Origin: Trichosphaerium sp. ATCC 40318
Lineage: Eukaryota > Protista > Tubulinea
DNA: 64,000 nt
Direction: 5' to 3'
Assembly: GCA_038496445.1 (NCBI GenBank)
Contig: JALMLS010000421.1
Span: forward strand, 62,001 to 126,000
The notes under the pieces are model-generated. The model searched no databases. It was not told the DNA's origin and saw only the letters and a program-made list of their open reading frames with translations. The translations under genes were made by a program, and so were the position numbers. The first letter of the stretch is position 1. Each line of letters starts with the position of its first letter. Below are positions 52,965 through 64,000 of this stretch, in pieces.

Positions 52965-55188
52965 ATGGTGAATTGGAGTACGTTGCATATTTCAAAATCA
53001 CGTGCTAATAACAGATTATCATTTGTCTTACAGTACAAGTAAAATAGTTATTGTACGAGACTGGCGTGTTGGTATACTGTATTATACATGTCTCACCGCC
53101 ATTTTATTGTACATTGTGGGTTATCAGGCAAGAGACAAACTTACAAATCTAAACGCTGATAAGGTATCGATAGATAGTGTATCAAAAGCGATATTTGACC
53201 AGAGAAACACCTGTGGGGTACTGGGGTTTGTACTTCAACTCATTAACATAAAATCCAATTAGAACAGTTCGTATTTCCTTGTTAGAACCAGAAGGTAGAT
53301 CACCACCAGGCGTCAGGACGCGCGCCGAAAATGTACACATTTTTTTCAGAAAAGACCCTGATTTAATTTTTTCAGCTGACCTACTGCTTACAACACTCCA
53401 ATTCCTCTCATGGCGGATTTCAGAATTTCGCGTAAGGATACATCTCACTTTCTAACTATCGACATGAGTGACTTAACCCCAATACATGATTAAGCCAAAG
53501 GCTAGCCAACTTTAACCGAATGAGCTTAACTGTAGGTATTTTTTTCTCCAACGTTGTCTGTAACATATGTGCGCTTCCCACATGTAAAACAGTAAGTTGG
53601 TGCGCAAAGACCATCCCCGCAAGCGTGTTGGAAAAAATGGTAGTTCAACTTTATTACCTTTTAGTTTAGTCTGTGGTTAGCGAGCACCGCTTCTTTTTCT
53701 GGTATTTTTTAACTTCAAAGAAAAAAAAAGAACTTGAAAATGTGGTGTTACAAATATTTAAATACGATTCTGTTGATGCTTTCTACAATGCCATGCATGC
53801 ATTTAGTAAGATAAATAAATAGAAACTACAGACGTTAAGTTGGCAGTGAGGATTCTCATGTTTTTTGAACCTTAAAATTTATTGGGGTTAAGTCCCCATG
53901 TTGCCGATAGAATAAGAAGCACTTCTAAATATGAATTTAGTTGTAAATATTGGCCGGCTTCACTTGTTGTATATCCTGTTCTCGAAGTGCGTTTTTATTC
54001 CTTTTGCTAGCAGTTAGACCGCGTTTGTTACCCTTTAGTAGGATCATGGTATGCTTGCAGCAACAAGAGTAACAAAAGAAACTTACAATCTTCCTCCAAA
54101 TTGTTCAATGACCGAATATGGATGTAATTATGGAAATGTATCAAAGTCTAAGTTCTACATTGCAGGTGTTGAAGAATTCACTGTAAGCTTTCTTTCTCAT
54201 TCTCCATATTCTTATGACTTATCCACAGCTACTCATTGATCACACTTTTACCTGCCCCCGGCTAGGTATTCAACAGCACGTGGCCCTTTTGGATATGAAT
54301 TAAACCCACGTGATTTGTTTCTAACTTTGTGGTAGTAATGCGAACGATATTCCTGGAAGACTTAGAAATCATGAAGGAAAATACATCACTTATCTTCCTC
54401 CTCCTTCGGTGTTGAAGGATAGTAGTTATGATATTATAGAACTAGGATATCTTCTAAAGTCAGCTGGTCTGGATTCTCTTGAAGAACCATCAACTGAGAG
54501 ATCAGATAGAACAATGAGAGATAACGTACTAACATCTCATTTTATGCTGACTAATGTGTACACTTATTTATGTTTACATAGGGTCTTGTACTTGTAATAT
54601 TCATTGAGTACAAGAACACATTCTCGTTTAATCTCAATCGGTTTCAATACACGTACAAAGCTTTTCTTGTACCAGATACAAAGTTCAAAACTGAACAACC
54701 ATTGTACTCTTCTGTGCGTATTTCAAGGTATAGGAATTGAACTTATACTCACCGTTTTGTAGGACATGAGGTCAATGGAGGTACTAAATAGACATGGTAT
54801 TCGCATACATGTCATACAAATTGGTGAATGTGGAGCTTTTTCATTCATGGTACAATCGCAAAAAAATCTGAAGTCTCATTTTTTGTTTCAGGAACTACTG
54901 CTGGCGATTGTTTCAGCATTTGCTTTGCTTGCTTTCGCTTCATTGGCTGTAGATTTCATAACAGTGAGAATGCTTTGTGGCCCAGCAAAAAATATATATA
55001 GGTACTTGAAGAGACAAAGTCTAAGTGTCAAGTAGATGATCCTTAACCTAAGAATTAGGAGATTCAAATATCAAGTCGCAGAAGAAAATGTCGCCAAAAA
55101 TGATAAAAGTTGGTTCCCTACCCTTCTTACCACCAGATCAAATTATCCTGAATCCGATCAAGATTATAAAGATATTAACTCCAACTAA
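52965..55188 (+). CDS. P2X receptor, Dictyostelium-type, copy 2
   Basis: Same exons as copy 1, in inverted orientation; one intron is expanded by a MITE. Confidence 0.9.
53456..53910. mobile_element. MITE (~455 bp) in a P2X intron
   Basis: Imperfect ~30-bp TIRs, CTATCGACATGAGTGACTTAACCCCAATA and TATTGGGGTTAAGTCCCCATGTTGCCGATAG; absent from the equivalent intron of copy 1 (~50891-50941). Confidence 0.8.
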
Positions 55189-55842
55189 ACAATAAAGACA
55201 ATAGGTAGCCATTTTTTTTTAACAATTTGCTGTTGGCACTTAAAAAAGAACAATTGCTGTAACACTATCAAAGGGTTGCGCAAGCGAGTAAACCTAGCAC
55301 CAACAATCGTTTGAGAATGCTTAGTATTGACAATGGTGCTCGCTGTACATGAAAGTTTGTGTAAGGCGTATGTGTTCATACTAATGAGCGTACTATTTAC
55401 CAGTTGTTTAACCGAGAAAGATCAGGCCTCACTTTGTTGGTAATTATACAGCTGGCAGGTTGCTTCCGATATAACAGTATATTATCCCACTCAAAGACTC
55501 TATTGCACCTGACCTGAAATACCACGTGCCATGGTGATACGCCAATTCAACAAAAAATTTGCGTCGGTAAAATTATTTTTGTTACAAAAGGTACTGGCGG
55601 ATTTGTTTTCCCTTAATTCAGATTCTCTCAAAGAATAGAAGGTTGATATAGGTGGCATACAAAGTCATAGTGCCAGGGGATTATTATTTTACCGCACAAT
55701 AATCTAGTTTTCTTTCAGAAAATATTGTGATTCTGGTGAACATCACGTGATTATTTTTATGACCTTAAAAACCATAATCTGATACACACAATCAAGAACA
55801 CATCAACAGGAAAACCAATCCATCAACAAAAGATAACAAACA

Positions 55843-56679
55843 ATGAGTAAAGTACGGTTTGTAACTTACTGGTTTTTTAGTTGTTTGGGAAACAGTTTTC
55901 TAGCTTTCATCTCATATCTCGTTTTATTTAACGCTCTACTAGACAAGCCAACAGCTATACTATAATGAAGATACAATCCGTGACGTTGTACCAACAATTG
56001 AAAAATTGACAAAAGCCATGAAAGGAAAAGTAGAGTACCAAGCCATCGGTTTTTGGCCATTCCATGAGTTCAAATACAAAATGGGTATGTCTATGGTTCA
56101 AGCCAGTTACAAAGTCAGCTACATGCATCTCCTTATTGAAAACAAACCAAATGGAAGACCGAAAACATGCTATTTGATCGTCTACAGTGGTAAAAGAGGT
56201 GCGCTGGCATACTACAAAAACAAGCAACAAAAACAGTTTGCTGATTTGGATTAGGACCAATTGGTTATCCAACTCATTGTATCACCCTCATCCTCAATGG
56301 CAAGAACCAATACACTATGGGTCAAAAGAAGGCAGCAGGCCCAACTCAAAAAGATATGGTACGTACTAACAACACTTCCCTTGGCAAGTTCACCTTCTAA
56401 CACTTTACTTTTTTTTAGGTTCGATTGGTACCTGTTGATAAAAAAATGAGCAAAGTCATCTTGTGCTTCTCTGTTGGACGCAAGAACATTGTAACATTTG
56501 GTAAGATGCTAAGAGACTTTGTCAAACTTGCTGGAAAGAACAAAACAAGCCTCACTGGAGCCTCTCTTCAAAAATTCGATGATCCACAATTACAAGAAGG
56601 ATATCAACGCGTTGTTGACACTCATAATAGTGGAGATGATGACTCTGACGATGGTATCTCTGATGAATCTGAAGAATGA
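55843..56679 (+). CDS. Four-exon hypothetical protein with an acidic tail
   Basis: ATG AGT AAA|GTACGG; three GT-AG introns restore a continuous frame ending DDDSDDGISDESEE. Confidence 0.65.
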
Positions 56680-56952
56680 GTCGCAATCATCACACAGTTT
56701 GTTAGAAGACAATAAATAAACCTTATGTAGAATCTTCCATTCGATTGAATAGACCTTATATAATCTGCCATTTGATTTCTCGAATTCAGGTGGATAGACT
56801 ATTACCACGAAGCCCAAGAGCTTTGGTTGCAAATTAATTGATTCCTTGCAAACTATAAAGAAGTGACTTACTTGAGAAATTCAAAGACGGTCTATTGAGA
56901 AGCGAGTACAAATTCTGACACTTGGATTTTTTTTTTAACATGTCATCAGCTT

Positions 56953-58942
56953 GTTTGTTTGGTTTATTTTGATTAAGCAAGGCTTACTCAAGGCGCATAT
57001 TACGTTACATTATATAGTACAACACAAGCTCTCCATAGAACCTGGAATATGCCCCTGAAAGTTTTTGTTATGTAAACTCATTCACTAAATAATCTTCACC
57101 TGTATTCCTCACGTTATCTTTTAGTCTCTTCAATTTGATCGAATGGTTAATGCTTCTGTTGTGTAAGTACTTCTTATTTCTATTTGGTGTATCATGTGTG
57201 CCATCTCTAATACTTTTTTTCTAAGCTTCTTGTTAGTAGATTTATCGCTATCTAATTCCTTGTGATATTCTGTCGATAAGCGTGCCGCCGTTTGAAATGC
57301 AATGTATCCAAAACATGATTTCTGGAGTTGAGGGCCCAGGATATCATTTTCGATACCTATGACATTTTCGTTGTAGAATGTCGGATATTTCATGCTGTCT
57401 TTGTATGTGATTCCTTCATGTATGTTAGTGTAGTCTCTTTTGTTGAATCCCAGAATGGCCAATAGCCATAATTCTGGTGATATATTTCTATTTGGGTTTC
57501 TATATTTCATGAACATATTTGTGTGATTAAAAATACGTTCATAAGGTGGTGTATTTTGTTCCGTTTGTTTTTCCTTTAATGGTGTTAGTTTACTCTTGAT
57601 AACGTTTGTTTCTAGGTGTCCTGTTATTGGTATGACTTTTTGTATACCTTCTAAGTTGCCATTGGTGCTAATAAGGTGTTTAGTTACCTGTCCTATGACT
57701 TCGGATGTAGAGTTTAGGAAGGTTTGTAATGGGTCACAATAATTGAGATGCATTATATCTTCTGCTTGTTTTTCATCTTCGTCTCCACATATTTCGCATC
57801 TGCCGTTCTCATACATTCCCGTCATGTATTTTTGTATGTAGTTTGCAGGTGCAGTATATTGCTTTGCTATATTGTATAATCTTTTGTTAAGCATTAAATT
57901 ATTGGTTTTTAATCTGAATACAAAGTCTTGTACTCTGCCAAATTCTGCTTCATTCCTTAAGAATATTTGGCTAGATGTATTCATATCTGTACCCTCGTAT
58001 CTGGATGGTTTGGTCGATTCCGTTATCCATCTATCATTCCATGTCTTTTGATTTTCTTCTTTCCTTGATTTTTGGTAGTTGCCGTGCACCGCTATTCCGT
58101 TCTTACTTACTGTGAATTTATTATGTCCCCTTCCCAGTTTTTCGTAGTGAGGTGTTATGTTGATGTATTTGTTTTTGTCTCTGCCTAATTTTGCTAGGTT
58201 ATCTGCTTCTTTATTTCCCGTTATGAGAGCATCCACAGTTTCTTCGCCATATTTATCTTTTAATTTTTCAATTTGGTTTTTCTTGTTCGTTGTTATTTCT
58301 AACGTGTCATCATCATTTGTATGTGCTGGTACCCATACCATCTTTATGTTTACGTTTTTAAGTGTTGTATGGATTCTGTCCAGTATGGATTTGTATGGAA
58401 GTTTTTTTCTTTTATGTGGGTCAAAATTTTTGTAGTTCTTAATCAGTTTCTTTGCAGCTATACAGTCTGTCCCTAGTATCGCTTTACTTTTGTACGGTAG
58501 ACTATTAATAGCTGTTTCAATAGCGAACAGTTCCGCGTACACCGGATTAGTGACATAAGGAACTGTACCATTGAGTTTGTACTTATTGTCAATGTAGATA
58601 CCAAATCCAGCTCTGGATTCTATGTATTTATCGTAGTTCCCTTCACAACTACCATCTGTTGATATAATTAATGTATTATTTGTTTTTTTTCATCTCATCC
58701 ATTTGTTTTGTCGTCCATTTTATGAATGTTGGACTCCATGTTTTTATGTTGGGAGTGTATATTATGTTACGTTCATTAGTACTATTTATGTCCGCCCACG
58801 TGTCCAAGAAATTATCATGTATTTTATAATGTCCATCTCCATTTCCTGGTGGAGGCAGTTTGATATCGCCCATCTTAGCTATTACTTGCGAATTAAATGT
58901 TTGAGCATTCCTTAGTCTGTCATTTTTGATCGCAACCATTAA
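56953..58942 (-). mobile_element. 5'-truncated non-LTR retrotransposon (LINE) with a 16-bp target-site duplication
   Basis: AACATGTCATCAGCTT at 56937-56952 and 58943-58958; 3' tail of CAAA-type repeats; encodes RNase H and a Cys/His domain. Confidence 0.9.
57130..58939 (-). pseudogene. C-terminal part of the LINE ORF: RNase H plus zf-RVT-like domain
   Basis: IISTDGSC, AELFAI, GTDC, WVPAH and GNKEADNLAK (RNase H), then FRLKTNNL..CEICG..EDIMHLNYC. One-base frameshift in the homopolymer at 58683-58690. Confidence 0.85.
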
Positions 58943-59007
58943 AACATGTCATCAGCTTTTTGCTGAAATCTCGTCAATATACGTCTTGTACGCTTTCGGG
59001 TGGCGTC

Positions 59008-60952
59008 ATGGGATGTACAGTTCCAAAAGCTATATTATCTGTGAACCGTGGGACTTCTCCTCATCCTCAAGATAAACACGCCATAAACTTACTCAATAAA
59101 GGCCAAAACATTATTAAACAGTTCAAAGATAGGACCATAAAGGTTTTAGTTGAGTACAGAGATCATTCGGACATTTTAAGTAAAGTACGCTTGGTTATTA
59201 TTTAAAACGATATTTGACGCTCATTCATCGCGTTTAGTGGTATAATAAAGAAGTATACACCGATTTTGATACTTTTGGTGAGGTATCAACTGCAGTAAAG
59301 AAATTGGACCAAGCGCATAAATGTAGCCTTGATTTAGGTACTATTAAGAAAGGTTTCTGGCTTTTATAATAATTGTTTTACTTTGATTTTCCTTTTTGGG
59401 TTTTCCTGTTGGCCAATTCGTCAGTACTTTTTCTGGCTCCATCATACATCTGAGCATCCATACTCATACAACTCTAACTGCCTGACAAAACCTTGGCAGC
59501 GGGCCACAGCACATTTTCTGTAGATTCTCGACGCCATACTCATTGTGATCTAGAATGCATGTCAACTATTATAGTTTCTTGTGCGGCCTGTTGCCAAGGT
59601 TTCAAGGCGCAAGTTAAGTCTTATGACCCAGATAGTGCCAAACAATGTGTGGCGGAGGAATTTTTATTCTCAAGTTTTTTGTGCCGTTTGCTGTTTTCAC
59701 TTGAAGACCAAATGACAAGGTAGACAAATCTAGTTGTCTCACGTATTTAAAACACCACAAAAATTGTATTACAGTTTCTACTGACACCACCATGTCGGTG
59801 TAATTAACAAGTTTTTTATTTATTGTTATTTTAATAATTAAAAACTAGCGAAGCACATGGAGAGTGTTATTGAATACATTGATGCTTAAAGAACTTCACA
59901 TCTACATGGGACATTTACAAAGACTATTGCACCTATGCCATGGATTTATCACCATATTTTTGAGCTTCTTAATGTCGCTGTAACAGCAGACTTTGTTAAG
60001 GTAACATACCATTTTTCCAAGCTAAAGATTTTACCTTCTTCATTACCTTTGCCAGAATTTGGGACTTACTCTTCTGTTTTTAGCTTCATAAACCATACAT
60101 CAACAACGATTTATCGTTTTACTTTCGGTTTAATGCATCAAGGCGTTATATACACAAAGTTGATTTTGATTCAGAAGCTGATAAGACTATGACTTTCTTC
60201 TGGCAGTACACTAACCCAGTATTAACTTGTATACAAAAAATAGTGTCTGCATGTACTGCTAAACTACCTACATGGAGTAATGTAAGTTATTGGGCAATCA
60301 CGTGTATACTATTATCTGAAAATATTCTTACTTTTTATGTAGTGTCTTAATGACTTGGCTAATGCTTGTGCTTTCTACTTGCGAAATACATCGCCTAGTA
60401 ATGTTATGTCTTTATTTTATTTACGTTCAATGGTATCTTGTATAGTACTTGCCGATTCTACAGGTGAGAAAGATATCTATGGTGCACTTGTGACACCTTC
60501 AACATTAAAAGTGCGAAAACTCAATGCTAGTTTTTCGAACACGAAGCTTACATCTCTTCTAGACGAAAAAATGCCTTAAAGCACTTGGAACGTATGTAAT
60601 GAAGTCGAGGCAAACAATATATGCCTTGAGTATATCTTACAAAGAGATTGAGCGTCAGTATGCTCCAGACTTTGTTACATTAGCAATTTTACAAAAACTA
60701 CCACACAAAGATGTTCGTTCAGCTGCTGGTGTTTGCGTACGTTGCTTTTGTTATTGATGGTTGATGTATCTTATATGTTTAAAGACTTACATCTATATCT
60801 AGAGACAATGGTATCGTATATGTCAAGATAAGACTCTAGGTCTTGTTAAAATACTTGACCCGATACAACATTTAGCAGGAATGATTGTATATAACACAAC
60901 GATACTTACTGGTGTATCTTACAAATTACAGAATAAGATCTGTGACTTTTAA
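59008..60952 (+). pseudogene. Divergent CYRI/FAM49 (DUF1394)-like gene with a C-terminal F-box; probably pseudogenised
   Basis: MGC start; IFELLNVAVTADFVK, PYINNDLSFYFR, TMTFFWQYTNP, CLNDLANAC and FYLRSMVSCIVLAD follow the CYRI motif order; then PDFVTLAILQKLPHKDVRSAAGVC|RQWYRI. In-frame TAA at 59748 and 59887. Confidence 0.7.
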
Positions 60953-61184
60953 AAAGACAAATCGAGACATCTTGTACAAGCTATTCCATGAACAAAGAGG
61001 CCACTATTTCTTTGCCCAACACTTTTTTTTCTAAGTTTTACTTGTAAATAGACAATAGTGGCATTACGAAAATTCTTGTTGTTCAGTAATGTTAACGAAT
61101 GAAGTTGAGTCGAAGTCGACTAATAAACACCATCTTTCGTTGCTTACTAAGATTGTAATTTTTTGTTGTGATGATCTGCGTTAT

Positions 61185-61375
61185 ACTGGTGCTACAGACA
61201 AAGGTAGCAAGCCATTGGCTGGGTGTATCATATTACCTCAGCAATACTAAAGTGACAGCTAAATGTATTGAAACAATTTGCTCAGAGTGACGGATAAAGG
61301 CATTAAAGCATTGACAAGAGAGATATCGGGAATACTCACGGGGTATCAAGGTATTTGCTGGAGTTCATACAATTC
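61185..61375 (+). pseudogene. Relic LRR units of the GVHT family
   Basis: ATDKG..PLAG, NTKVT, VTDKGIKAL and FAGVHTI fragments in broken frames. Confidence 0.6.
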
Positions 61376-62325
61376 TCGAATCAAATTTAAATAAAAAATA
61401 ACAGAAGAGAAAGGAGTTGCAGGTAGCTAACTGGTTGTAATTTTTTCAAATGGATTTTAATGTTGTATTGCGCTACAATGGTATCATTTACCAAACGTTT
61501 ATAATCAATATCTGGCAAGTTGAACAAACGTTAACATTCACAATAACAATACAGTTGTAAGCAGGATGTAAAATACTCCGAAAGGGGCGTCAAGGCTACC
61601 GTTATGAATCACGTGGTTGAATGAAACCTATTTCTCACAAATAAATGATTCGTCGTTGTATAGCGTCTTGCCTTCAGAGATGTCTTGTGAACCACCATTG
61701 TGTACTGCATGAAAATAAAAATTCTTATCTGTTTGTAAAAGACATGGGGCGTAGGCAACGCAATGCTAACTATCTAAAGCCACTACAACGTAACCAGAAA
61801 AAGTCAAGGTATGTTGTCCATTTTTGGCTCCTAGCGTGAGCTATCCTACCTCACATACGGTTTTTTTATGAAGCTCAAACAAGAATGACGCCTATGGAAA
61901 ACCCTACGCGTCACGTTCTAGGCAAAAAAAAGTGTCACGTGATTTATTGTAAAAATACTAAAAAAAGGAGCTAGCGCTGGACTCACAAATTTTCGCGCAC
62001 CCTTCACCATGTTCTACGCTAGCGCGTCAAACTACTCGCGTCATAATATTGGTTTAAGCATTCTTTTAAGTTAAAACTACTACTTGCAAGCCTTCAGAAG
62101 ACAAGGGTAACAAATGAATCGCCTGTCATTTTTGTTTGAAAACATCCCGCAATGAATGCTTTAAAACTGTATCGTTATGCGTTTTTTACGCGTAGTAGTA
62201 CTAATACTGCGAGTTTAACGATTGTCACAATAATTGCACCTTACTCTACGTTTCACAAAGGTGCAATTTTTTGATATGGGCCAACTTAAACTTTTAAGCT
62301 CATTCTCTACCAACTACAACCAAGG

Positions 62326-64000
62326 ATGCACCTTCACACTGCTTGTGTGTTTTTATTAGTACTATTGGCGGTGCCTCGCTTTTATGCCCAGCAATGTTCA
62401 GTCAGCGTAAGCACTCTACACCACAACGATCAGTTTAGTTTAGTCAAAATTCTGATCTAATAAATCGATTTTGACTCGTTTTCTCGTAGAACCCTTGTCC
62501 TGGCGAAGTACATCACTGTTGCTCCAGATATGGTTGGTGTGGTAATACTGACGCCCACTGGTACACCAAGAACAGCTTTTACCACGTGAAAATAAACCAC
62601 GTGCGTTCCGAAAACTGACTTTTTCTCTTAAAGTGGTGCTGGATGTCAAAGCCGATGTGGTGGTTCAACTCCTCCTCCTGGACAGTGTTCGGCCTCAGTA
62701 AGTGATGAACCTGTGAGTAAAGAATACTAACACCTCTTTTAGAACCCTTGTGCTAACAACGAATGCTGTTCACAACACGGCTATTGCGGAACTACTTCAG
62801 AATATTGGTATGTTGTTTCCTATAACTATTTTTTTCAGCTTCACTTACATCCTATAGTGGCGCAGGATGTGTAAGCCAATGTTCAGGTAGTGGTACTCCA
62901 CCACCACCACCTCCACCACCTCCACCACCACCACCACGTACGACGAGCTTAAGTTTTAGTTCTTTTTTTTTTCTTACTTTTTTTCTTCTAGACGGTGCAG
63001 GTCACGTGGTATCAGCGTTCTTCCCTGCTTGGGATGGAAAAATCAGTGATATTAGGTGGGATAGTATTACACATCTCAACTTGGCTTTTGTACTACCTAC
63101 ACAAGATGGAGGTCTCGCATACCCTGACAATGTGAACAACATTGCAGACACTCTAGTCGCTGCTCGGCCTGCAGGAAGTTGTGTTAAACTCATCATAAGT
63201 ATTGGTGGAGCTTCTGCTGGTGCTTGGGTATGGCAACAGGTAGCAAACAACGCTGCTAGAAGAGCTGCGTTTGTAAACAACGTTGACAATTGGATCACCA
63301 CCCATAACTTTGATGGCGTTGATGTTGATTGGTACACTTTTGATTTTGTTCGCTCTTCGCCCCCACCTATTTGTATCTAGTTTGCTATTGCTTACTTTCA
63401 TTGTTTTAGGGAGTTCCCTGTAGCAAGTGATAAACACGTGGAGTTACACAGAGAGTTGTACGCAAGGCTAGACCCAAAAGGAAAAGAAGTAACAGGTAAG
63501 AAACACTTTCTTTTGCAACATTTAAGCTATCCACGCTGCACGAAACAATACTAAATATGGTACAGGCGATTTGGCTGCTACTGACTGGTTCGGTAGAGGG
63601 TTCAACGTAAATCAACTAGGACAAGGTGCTCACTACTGGAATATTATGGTACGAAACAAAAAACCCAAACGCTTTTTTAATCATAAGCTAACTACTACTT
63701 AGGCTTACGATTACCGCGGTTCTTGGAGTATTCCAAATGACATCGGATCACACAGTAACATGCAAGATACTCAAGGGTCTGTTAACTATTGGAGAGGAAG
63801 AGGATTTCCAGCAAGCAAATGTACCTTTTTTTCCTTCTTTTTTTCGCATTTATTCTCGCTACCTTCCACAACGCTCACTGTTGTTTTAGTGGTTCTCGGA
63901 TTACCATTCTATGGAAGACAATTCACTGGAACTGGTACTACCGACTGGGAATACAAAAGGATTGTTTCTACATATGGCAGTCAAACAAATGATCCAAACA
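62326..64000 (+). CDS. Secreted GH18 chitinase with two hevein (CBM18) domains and a poly-Pro linker; runs off the window
   Basis: Signal peptide, CCSRYGWCG and CCSQHGYCG, ITHLNLAF, ISIGG, FDGVDVDW|EFP (DxDxE) and NIM|AYDY. Confidence 0.93.

Noticed and set aside
58683-58690. Programmed ribosomal frameshift in the LINE ORF
   Set aside because: A single extra base in a homopolymer of a truncated copy is more likely a mutation or sequencing error.
59748-59889. In-frame TAA codons as evidence of stop-codon reassignment
   Set aside because: TAA terminates conserved genes here (RPS7, FMO, P2X) and their exons show no internal TAA; pseudogenisation is simpler.
62898-62937. CCA microsatellite
   Set aside because: It encodes the ordinary poly-proline linker of the chitinase.
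1-64000. tRNA, rRNA, or giant-virus hallmark genes (capsid, polymerase, packaging ATPase)
   Set aside because: None recognised by eye, so an endogenous viral element is not called; tRNAscan-SE and ViralRecall would be needed to exclude them.

Overview
AT-rich, gene-dense eukaryotic DNA with many short (~40-70 nt) spliceosomal introns (donor consensus GTACGT/GTAAGT, several GC donors) and the standard genetic code. The gene content suggests an amoeboid protist, since it includes Dictyostelium-type P2X receptors, a CYRI-like gene and a DH-PH-RhoGAP; that assignment is inference. Housekeeping and metabolic genes are a flavin monooxygenase, a histidine phosphatase, ribosomal protein eS7, GlcNAc-6-P deacetylase and a GH18 chitinase with hevein domains. 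Around them is a fast-evolving accessory layer: about eight F-box(-like) genes joined to variable modules (LRR, MORN/YwqK, CYRI-like), three near-identical C2-domain genes, an inverted P2X pair, decayed repeat-protein relics, a 5'-truncated RNase H-bearing LINE with a 16-bp target-site duplication, a MITE, and several fold-back/hairpin elements. The most notable observations are a 70-aa ectodomain-less protein resembling the N-terminus and membrane helix of Na,K-ATPase beta subunits, F-box genes sitting in the spacers of inverted duplications, a CYRI-F-box fusion, roughly tenfold enrichment of CACGTG, and frequent GC-AG introns. Exon boundaries and family calls were made by eye, without database searches.
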